A stretch of 62,126 nt of DNA, filler included, from Basidioascus undulatus (Eukaryota), in assembly GCA_000826855.1 (NCBI GenBank). It is 5 parts of 5 records of this genome, joined end to end, with 100 filler letters (N's around TTAATTAATTAA, not from the genome) between each part and the next. Parts side by side here need not be neighbours in the genome. Positions count along the whole stretch, not along the records: positions 49,790 to 62,126 come from JTLS01000918.1; 4 more parts are not named here. One strand, 5' to 3'. The notes under the pieces were generated by a model that was given only the letters and a program-made list of their open reading frames with translations, had not been told where the DNA came from and did not search any database. Below, piece by piece: positions 52,339 to 62,126 of this stretch (positions within the stretch are counted from its first letter, which is position 1; every line of letters starts with the position of its first letter). A program made the translations under genes and the position numbers.

Positions 52339-55137
52339 GCTGGGCTGCTGAAGGGGGAAGACTAGCCCGACGATGTGGGCGGTAGGCTGGGAAGGGGAAC
52401 CAGCGATGGGGTGAGGGTGGTGGCGGTTAAGAGCCGAGGAAGGGATGAGCTGGAAGGGCGAAAGCCAAAAGCCAAAGCGAGAAGACACACGAGAGCAGCG
52501 TCGACGTGGTCGTGGAAGCAACTCGACCTCGACACGCACGTCATTAGCCACCGGCTACAAAGCCTATCAAAAGTTCCTAACAGACTCTAATAATGAAGCA
52601 TTGTGATTTAACTTCTCCAGCAGCTGCTCAGTGCCTTTCATACAAACCATCTGTTCTGTATAATCGACGCCCTCACACCTTAGGTTCCTCATCGTCTTGA
52701 GCTCGCTCGGGAGGCCTGACAGCGTCCGAGCCCGACCTCTCCACCATGCTCGACCACAGCCAATGTTTCTACGTCGACCACCCCGACACCATGCACCAAA
52801 AGCAGTTTTCGGTCCCATTGTATTACATATTGCTGGTGTTTAACAGGTTCTGGGGACTCGAGAACATTGAATATACCGTCGGGCTTTTGCCACGTACTGT
52901 TCCTGGACCTTCGATTATTGCTGCGGGCCGAGCTGACAATTAGTAGACGAGCTCAAGAGCTTTAAAACTTATGGTTATAAGATCCTCGAGTATGGAGCCC
53001 ATTAAGCCATCAAGTGCAAACAACATGGAAGTCCGAGTGCTCTGGCAGCTGGCAGGCGCCAGACTGCCAGGCCTCCATGGTTGCCTCTTCTCCAGATGAA
53101 GTGGAACTAATTTTGGTGCCTCGTTTGGCTCTGAATACACCTCCACCCGTGAGGTGTGAGATTGAGGAGACCAATATGACTGGCTTCTGAGGCACACAAG
53201 AGAGACGCCCGTTCTTATTGACTTGGATGTGCCAGAGTCCCCCGCTTACCTCCTCCTTCTTCTAGGTCTTGTTTTGGGCATAGATCAGGGTCTCACATTT
53301 TCAGGGAACCCATGCGTAATAAGCTCCATCGGAGGGTTTGGGCAAGGAAAATAAAGACAGCTTCGGTTGGCCGGTTCCCATTCTGAAGCAACCAGCAAAC
53401 GTTGAACATGCTCCTTGAACATCTCCGGGAGTCAGCCTCCTCTAAATGGGTCCCGATTTAACTCTTCCAGACCTTTGTTTTAAATCAACAAGCTGCCCTG
53501 GGCGACTTGATGAATCCGACAGCTGGCAGCGAGTGCGTTTGCGGTCAAGATGATGTCGACCTTACTCGAGGAGACGGTCACTAAGCGCCGCAGAGATTCG
53601 TAGCCAGCCTAAATATAACTACCACCCCTCTGAATGTGCTTTTGGGTGAGCTTAACAGGACCGTGGTGCCAATGTCTTTCTGGAGCTTGTGTGCGCTGTA
53701 AGACGCGTTGTTCTGATTTGATGTGTAGCTGAGCTGTCCCTCGTTTCACGATCACATCGCGCCTGCCCCAGCTTTGTCCAAATCGGACTTGAGGACTAGA
53801 TTGTTGAAGCCAGTGCTCCTTCAATGGATCGCTGACAAGAACGTATACCAAGGTTCATCCCCAATGCGTTCGAGGTGCTGTCGATGCCCAGCGCCGAGAG
53901 ATGACCTCTCACACCATCCCACACACTGAGCCCACATGAGAAATGTCTCCATTCCATGAGGTCGTGCTCAGGAGCGTGGAGGGCAGGCGATCATCCTTGT
54001 GCACTGCTGTCTGCTGTCCCGAAACGGGATGGGAGTTTACAATGATTAAAAGGGTTACAAAGGCTAAGAACTCATGGAAAACCCCCGCCAGTATTAAATA
54101 ATTATCAGAACTTGCATTTCCTACTGAGTCCATTGATTACCCGGCAGCATATTGGAGAGGCCTTGAGAATCCCTCAGAAATCCTGCCGTATGTTAAATTG
54201 CCTTTAGAAGGGACCACCATCTATTCACCTCTGCTGAACTCTCCACCTTCTGCAAAATTTCTGCCTTTATTTGATTTATACCGAGAGCGTAAGTCCAATC
54301 GGTCGGCATGGTAAAATTTGGTTCCAATTTAATTGAGTATTGAAAGTGAGAAGTTTGTTGGATGTTCAGTACCTTTGGATCGGGCATTCGCCTCGTTGGA
54401 AGGGAACGGCGCAGTGCGGGGAGGGAAAACTGAGCCGGCAGGACCGATGCCTTGACTTACTTGCTGGGTGCCTCTCTGATGTTACATCTTTTATCGGTGT
54501 ATTTATCAATGCAGAAGACGTGCACTTCAGCTTATCGGTGTATTTATTGATGTAGAAGACGTGCCCTTCAGCCCCTCCTGCTCAGAAGGGCGGTCTCTCC
54601 AACTCTCTAGAAACGATCAAGGCAGTCGAGCTTCACTGCAGCGCCTGTACCGTCCACGAATCGCCACAACTTCAAACCCCCGACAAGTGCAGTTTACAAA
54701 GGCGGTTTCATCCCTGAATGTCCCTCACCTTATCGCCTCATGCAATGCCTCTCAGAAAACACCGTTAGCGCTGCACCTTCTCCTGTCACCTTGGGGAGGA
54801 GTAAACAGGGGAAAGGACGCACAGGGCAAGGCAGTCCGTCCGGCCAGATGACCTCGGCCATCGAGCAAGAATAACTGATGTAAGACACGAGCACAAGCCC
54901 ATAGGCCAGCGAGAAAGACGGTGTAAGGGGCGGAGATGCACAGTTCGTCAGCATCTGCGGCCTTGACAAACCACCCAAGCAGTTGCGCTACGATATAACA
55001 GCTGCTGAATGTGAATTACATAATTTTGGTTGGTGTTTGGGTGACAATAGTATGTTATAGGCGAAGCTCAAGTGAGGGTATTGCCGGAGAAGGTATGTCT
55101 AAAGATCTAAGGTGGTCCACTAGCCTCGATGGTGCGC

Positions 55138-56472
55138 TCAGTTGCGCTTGCTCAGGTCGAACGTCGGGAGGAGGAAGAAGGACGTCTGGGGCGTGAGGAG
55201 GCCGGCGAGGGCCACATACCACCTGCGAAGGAGGGAAGCAAGTAGGCGTCAGCATGCGGGTGCAACACTTCTCGCAAGATAGGGTACGGACGCGTCGAAG
55301 GCGGTGATCAACTGTGTAGTGCGTTGGGCGGTCAGTATTGGATCCATAAAATACTCGGCATAAAAATTAGAGAACTCACCCCAAAGATACCACCAGCCTT
55401 GGTGACGCCGACACTGCCAGTGAACTCTCCCGCAAGGCTGTAATCGCGACGGCGAGGGCTGTAAGCATGGAGCATGGGGCGTAGGGACAGTGGTGGGGAC
55501 TCACAGAAGGATGAAGGTGATGTCAAGGAAGAAGAAGACGCCGACGAGGCCGAGCGAAGCTGTGAGGAGGCATCGTGTCAACTCCGGGCTTCGCGAGCGC
55601 CAGGAGGGTCAGAGAACGCACAGCGCAGGGAAGCAATGAGCATAATGGTGGTGAAGATAAACCACGCCGCCAAATAGAGGCCCAGTGCGTTTTTCATCAT
55701 GGAGGGGTCTTCCTCGTACGCGGTCTCGATGCCGAAGCCGGGGATGAGAATGATGGCGTAGGAGAGCCAGAAGCCGCCGTAGGACGAGAAGGCGGTGGCA
55801 CCGAAGGTGTTACCGCAGGCAAACCTAGAATATACTAGTTAACCCCTGGAAAACACCAAAAGAACCAGAAAACTTACTCCCACATGCCCGCTAGCAGCTG
55901 GACCAGACCACCGTACTGTTCGAGGAGTGACATGAGCGAGCGAAGACAGGGCTGAGGAAATGAAGGAAAACGCACACCAAGAGCCAGGCCCACCACCGCG
56001 TTCGGCACCGAAACCCCCCGAGCCTGAACATTGTACATGCTCAGTACGAAAGTGGTCGTCGCGAAAGCTGCGAGGCCAAGCGGCGCAGGGTTGGCGATCT
56101 TGCGGTGGACTGCGAAGGTTAGGGATGCGATGAGCACACTGCAAACACCCAACTGCCCGGCCGCTACAAGGTCCTTCCCCTTGTTTTCCTATGTCCCGCA
56201 CCGAGAACACCCCCGGACATAGAGGAGGTTACTCACAGATCGGGAACGCAGGCTGCGAGTTGTCGATGGGGTTACCGCCCGGGGTAATGAACCGGCTGAC
56301 CGCAGCGGAGTTCGGGTGCTGCAACCCAGACGAGAGGGTGTTTCGTGAGCTCTTGATTTGTGCTCGTTCTGGGTGCTCCAGGAAACAGAAGACGCACCTC
56401 GCCGTTAGCGAGGCCAATGTGGTTGGGCTGGCCAGGGAGCTCGCCGCCGGGCTTGGTCTCGTTCTGCGCCAT
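55138..56472 (-). CDS. GPR1/FUN34/YaaH (Ady2/AcpA) acetate transporter
   Basis: [79 protein letters not shown]...FDLSKRN*. Confidence 0.93.
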
Positions 56473-58982
56473 CTCGTTCAGGTCTGAGGGGGTCGTAGCT
56501 TGGCGGTCGTGAGTGCGTGGACAAGAACAGTGCGTGTAAGCTTCTGGGTGAAGGAAAGAAACAAGGAGGAGGGGTCCGGGTGTTGGTGGGATGGATTTAT
56601 GCAGGGATGGTGCAGGAGAATTGGCCCAACCCCACCAGCACGACGACCCCGCATGTCTTCGCCACGGCACGACCGGCATCATCTTTCTCCATATTTCTCC
56701 GCACTCCTCTATTGCGGAGAATCCGCAACCCCTTCCAGCCAAGGGACGAAGATGAGGCCATGATTCGCTTCTCCTGGTTTCTCCAACAGGGCGCAGACCT
56801 GTTTGCGGGGCCCGAGAAGGAAGACCTCCACAACCCCAGGGCTCGATCGCTTGGAAAGCGTTCGATAGGCACAAAAATAGCAATCTGCGCCTTTTCATGT
56901 GCTTTTCTCGCGTTTCGAAAGGTCTTTGGCTTGCAATTCGCACCACTAGCGCTGCACAAGTTACTCCCGTCCACATCACTTGATTGCGTGCCACGATCAG
57001 CGATGGACTGCGATGCCTCCGAGCGGCAAGATGCCGCTGACGCACTCAGCTCGTTGGCGAGGTCGCGACCGCGAGTGAGCTCATTTGCAGCGCTAAATGA
57101 ACGGGCTATCCCGGAATGCAAGTGCTGCAGCGACTGCCAGATGACTTTCACAGACTGGCAAACGGCGATGTTAGGACGACAAAGCCACTCCTGGGACGAG
57201 AGTGGTCAATACCAACGCCTGGATACACAAAGGACACAGCCGGTTTCCGAAAGAAAAGTTTTCACGAGATGCCGGGTCATCGATAGGCCAGCGCTAGCTG
57301 GGGTCGGCTGCCGTCTTGCGCGATGGCCGCCGTACGCGTTTTACGCTGGCCAAACTACGCCAACGCAACTCGGCATGGCCAACAGCTCGGCAATGAGAAA
57401 ATCATCGGGAACGGTTGTAGACAGGTCATCGACGGATTGTGGTTGTTCCTATTCACCGTGAATACCTACAGCAGGAGCATCGCTGAGCAAAGCGGACCTG
57501 GGCTGTTTCTCTCCGCCTGTCGGCATGCCATTCAATGGCGGCTGATACCCGACGTTGGCAGGCCCGGAGTGGGCCCAGAAAACTTAGGCCGCAAATATTT
57601 CTGGTGTTACTGCTCTAGATGCTCAGCAACACGGAGTTGGAGCGTTGTCATGGGGGCGTCGCTATATATCAGTTGCCAGTTGCAAGCAGACCCGTCTGGC
57701 CATGGCATACTTGTTCTTTGACAAACGACTAAATGCTAGGATATTTTACAATTAAAGACTCACAAGTTTCTCCGGTAGAATAAAAGTCAGGAAGGGGGGG
57801 GTGGGGTTCTGCTTTCTGTGCAGGCGTCACGCGTTGCCTATCAAGCTGCAGCTTATCACCTTCCCCGAGTAGCATTCTCCCATTTAAAGATTCTCAGTTG
57901 GGGAAAATCAACCTTGGGGTGAATCAGATTGACGGGGGATTGGGAATGCGGAGGTCGAGCGGAGGAGTGATGCGAGTGACTAATGCAGTGTCATTCCTTA
58001 CACAATCGTCTCGTCAGCACAGACTAGATACCTTGTCAGAGTCGAGTATTCATTTTACACTTCCGGAGAAATGGTTGCAACCCCTCGGGATGCTCAACCC
58101 GCAGTCTGAACGGGCGACCCTTGCCTTTGGTCAGTGATGGAGAAGGACAACGACATACATACGTGCCTCGGCTTCCGTCGTTGTTTTCTCAAGGATTGAT
58201 AGGTTTACTTTGGTAGGGAGCTGGAGCTGGTATATGCCCTCAACGATATACTATAAAAATTGGGCATGCCTGGGTTAGTGCTCGCCGGAGACTCCCAGTG
58301 AGTCTATGAAATAAACACTCCCGATACCACGGCATCCCGGTGCGTCACCGAGCCTCCTCCGAGCAAGACCCCGAAGGCCGACCCCAGGACTGAATATGAT
58401 CAATGAGATGTCTTCATTCAAACCACTCCATCAGAGTACAGGCACAAAGCTGGAAGTCCTCCTGCCCGCCTGGATTTCGTCCTGTGGCACTTCGGTTTGA
58501 TTCCCAGCCGTATTTTCCAAGGCATATCGCACACAGGCTCGCTGCTCATCAATAAAGAGTTCCACCCTGCCACAGTAAGACCAGGGGAAAGATGAAGTAG
58601 GGAAAACATACAGCGCAACCGCAGTTCAAAGTCCCACCACCGCCATATGCTCGAAGCAATGTCCGTCCCTCACCTGTCGCCCACCAGTCCCGAGCATGGG
58701 AATATACGACGGCTGTTGACCTTCCCGATGGGTTCTGCTCCTCGATGCCGCTGCGCCTGCAGCAGTGCCGCCGGTCCCGCTGCTGCTCGCCTCCGCCCCC
58801 GTAGCCGAGCTGCCGCCCGACTCCTCGATGGCCGTGCCCTTGTCCCCCTCGTTCCCGACACCCCGTCGCTCCGAGAGCACCCAGCCCACCGGAGGAGCTT
58901 GTCGTGGGACAACCAACTTCGCCTCCGCCTCCGCCTTCGCCCAATCATCCGCCCACTGCTTTCAGTCAGCGTCATCCTTCGC

Positions 58983-59640
58983 CTAAATCAATCCCGAGCC
59001 CTCCTTGCGGATGGACCACGCCGGCCAGAGGACGACCGCGGCGCCGGCAAGTCCCGCAACGGTCGCGCAGATCCCGACGGCGGTCTCCTGCCTCGCAAAG
59101 AGGTCAAGCACGACGCCGACGACGGCAAGGGTGAGCTGCACGCTCAGCGGGTCGACCAAGAAGGCCACGTGCTTGGTCGCCGCCTGCCGCAGCCGCGTGT
59201 CGCTCTCGCAGGGCACGCGTATGTCCGCGACGTTAAATATGAATCTCGAGTACGCCGAGCAGAAGACCGCTGATGAGCCCGCGGTTGCGTGCGAGGTGAT
59301 AAGGACCATGAAGCAGAAGACGCGCGAGGCTCGTCCGAGGCGGTCTCGAGTGACAGCGGTGAGCCCCGCCCAGAAAAGATCGTTGCTGATGGTCGGGCTG
59401 ACTTCAGCCTGCACAAATCCCACGATGGTCGCTTGGGTCGCAGCGAGGAAGGTGGCCTAGAAACAAAGGGAGTTCCGATGGTCCGCAGCGTTCAGTCGCT
59501 TCCCGACCACTTGCACGTGGGAACAAGAGCTGGACCTCACGATGAGGGCGATCGTGCCAAAGACGTCTTTGTTGGTCCGGTCGAGGCGCATGATGTTCTT
59601 CCTCGCAGCCTCGACACGGCGAGTTTAGGCGTCCTCCATG
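58983..59640 (-). pseudogene. Hypothetical small membrane protein, probably disrupted
   Basis: Spliceable hydrophobic segments FGTIALI / ATFLAATQATIVGF..NDLFWAGL / SSAVFCSAYSRF..LAVVGVVLDLF..VAGLAGAAVVLW; early TAA after MEDA. Confidence 0.35.
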
Positions 59641-60079
59641 GCGGCCCACCCAGGTGCAGACTCCCTGACCCACTCGTACGAGCTGGCTGGGGCCGTGGGA
59701 GTGGACATGTTGGCAGGGACTGGATCGAGGGGTCTGTTTATTTTCTCGTGCGCCCTCTATCTTCCCTGTCCTCCTCTAGAACCCCTCGCGCCTCATCCGC
59801 GTCTTCGACGCGCGCTTGCCTCAAATATCGTAGCTTGCCTGGCCCCCAGCCCTCAACCCATCCGTGGCCAGATGGAGAGAGAAAATTGTAGGATTGTGGA
59901 GACTCAGCTTTGAATCAGCGAGGTGCCTGAAAGTTGGACGACGAGTGCTGCAGCTCGCGCCTTTACCGCTGGCTGTTTCTTGCATGGTGGTTTGGAAAAT
60001 GCCTAGCAAACTGCCCATCGACCATCGCGGCCCACCAAGATAGGTCTAGAAACACAATGACATCCATCTCCAATCGGCT

Positions 60080-60975
60080 CTACCTCCCATCCTCCTGCCC
60101 TTCCTCCTCCCGGCCCGCTCTCAATTCCCCATTACCCAAAGTGTCCCGTCTGCCACGGTGTCGTTCAACTTGTACCAGTTTCGACAAAATCCGTGACACC
60201 TTGACAGCGCGAGGCGCGGGCCAGTGTTCCATCAGGGCTCGGTTCAGACAGACAGCGTCCTCCGGCAAAGCGAGCAGCAACAGCGTTCGCAGAGCAGGCG
60301 CCGTGCTCGCGCAGGCCTTCGAGAGGGCCACCCGCCTTCTGAACATGTCCTCGTTTCCCCAGACATGATATGCGAAACAGGAGAGACCCGGCAGACGTTG
60401 GGAAATCAGGTCGGCCGTGCACTGGTCGAAGCGACGGGTGGGAGACAGGACCAAGTGCGTAACACTTGGGGGCAGCTCGGCGAGCCAGTCATCCTGGCAT
60501 TTGGGAGCGCAAACTGTCGAACGCCACTTCCTGCAGATGCTTACTTCGTGCAAATTTGATATAACTGTGCGCGACCTTGTTGGCGGGCGAGCCGCACAGC
60601 GCAAAGCGGGTGATCGAGACCGCGTGGTCGCACAGCGCGCCACTGAAATTACTGCGTAGCTGTTCGAGCAGTGCGCCGGTACGATCCGTAGGCACAATGG
60701 GCCGGTCGACTTCGAGCAAGATCGAACGGAGATACGAAAGAAGTGCGGGCTCTGCCTGCGTGGAGCCGATCAACTTCTCGACGCTTCCGCGCTGGCCGGA
60801 AATGAATGCGATCGAGCGATCGAGCTTCGGCGTAGCCAGCACGTTAATCAAGCGAGAGACCAGGCAGAGTGAGGCCAAAGTGCCCGAGTCCTGAGTGTAG
60901 GTCCGGATGGGATGTCGCGGCGACCTCCTTGATTATGAGCTGGTGGATATCGAGAGGCAGCTGCGACACAGTCAT
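60080..60975 (-). pseudogene. F-box-like/LRR protein with two frameshifts
   Basis: MTVSQLPLDIHQLIIKEV / TLASLCLVSRLINVLATPKL is an F-box-like motif split across frames near 60890; second frame change near 60500 into LPPSVTHLVL..APALRTLLL; no intron-sized gaps. Confidence 0.55.
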
Positions 60976-61460
60976 GCTGAGTAGCGATTTTGTGGGTGAG
61001 GCGGGGCAATTAAAGTAGATGGCGCTGCCGTATGCGAAGCCGGAGATGATGGGCGTCGGGTGGCAAGGCGGCAAGCCGCGATTCGGCGGGCACGTAAGTA
61101 GTCGTTCGGGCGCTGCTGATCTCGTGTTGTCCTGTTTGGGTAGCCGGTCCCATGGGTTATTTGGGATATTCTGGAGCTGGAAAGCCTCAAAAACATGCAG
61201 CATCTTGGCAGTGCACCTTGCGGTACCAACAGACCCTCAGTGAGTCAGTGTCGTGAACGCGCGAACACTCACTCCCCCTACCGACCTCGCTGCGTCGCCG
61301 AATCTCTCCCTCCGCGAAAGAGCCCAGACCCCAAGACTCGGAAATTAATCAATGAACCGCAGCCGAGCCGAGTTCAGGCATAGGTACTGACGTCCGTCGT
61401 CTCAATCCTGATCTCCATCTATTCCGCCATGCCAGCCTCCCGTTCCCGCTCCTCCGCCTC

Positions 61461-62126
61461 CTAAAACGCCTCCTCCTCTCCACCCTCCTCCCCCTCCTCC
61501 CCCTCACCTCCCGGGCACCTCAGTACCCGAACAGCCCCCGCCCCCGGACCCTTCTCGCCCTCTCGTCTCCTCACAATCCTCACCTTTCCACCCGCCCACA
61601 GCCACAATCAGCATCTCCCCTCTCCTCAGATAGTAAAAGAAACAAGGGAGCAACGCACCTCCCCCTGCTCATCATCTGCGCTCATCCAACCCAGCGCAAG
61701 ACTCACCGTATTCCACGCCCAGACTAGGTCCGCTCCCCCTCCCGCTTCAGGGTCAAGAAGAAGCGCGATACCGCCTCCCGCGTCGGGGCCCGCGTCCTGT
61801 AAAGCCTGAGCGAAGACCGCATGCGGATCGGATTCGCGGTGGGGGTGGGGGTGGGGGTGGGTTTGCGCTTGTGAGGCCGAGGAAGAGGAGGAGGAGGGAG
61901 AGGGGGAGAAAGCGGGAGAGATGGCCGGGGAAAGAGCGAGGGAGCGCGCGAGTGCAGATCGGATGAGGAGTTCGCCTGTCCCTGAGAGGGAGACCGCCGC
62001 GCGGGGGGTCGCGTATGTCCCGGCGCCGAAGATGGCTGCCTGGCAAAGGCGGCAGGATGTCAGCTCGCTATGCCTCATCCAGGAGACAGCCGCGCCCTAA
62101 CCTCCCACCCCCGCCCCTCCACTTCA
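61461..62126 (-). CDS. Asparaginase-2 / taspase-1-like Ntn-hydrolase, C-terminal part
   Basis: AAIFGAGTYA..AVSLSGTGELLIRSALAR..GGGIAL..LVWAWNTVSLALGW; last exon ends EEEAF* at 61461; 5' part lies outside the window. Confidence 0.75.

Overview
Intron-rich fungal DNA, most likely basidiomycete. It is not one locus: five unrelated contigs of about 12.3 kb (1-12360, 12461-24817, 24918-37250, 37351-49689, 49790-62126) are joined by artificial 100-nt linkers (N44-TTAATTAATTAA-N44), so adjacency across linkers means nothing. Apparently intact spliced genes are an MFS sugar/polyol transporter, a nitronate monooxygenase with a PTS1 (ARL), SLD2/DRC1, an NtaA/DszA-family flavin monooxygenase, a secreted tyrosinase, DBP5, a stand-alone AROM-type 3-dehydroquinate synthase and an Ady2/GPR1 acetate transporter. 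Genes cut by contig ends are SNAPC3, Pol delta subunit 3 (cdc27/POL32), LHS1, a probable MED18 and a taspase/asparaginase-2. Several accessory genes carry frameshifts or stops. The strongest lead is a tRNA-Arg(ACG) at 24930-25002 whose 3' half precedes its 5' half, with a 1-nt spacer and a T6 terminator, i.e. a candidate circularly permuted tRNA gene in a fungus; the caveat is that it sits 12 nt from a contig start. The second lead is a secreted Kex2-type precursor of five amphipathic ~40-aa peptide repeats, each on its own phase-0 exon (15818-17397). All family calls come from motif recognition by eye; no database searches were run.
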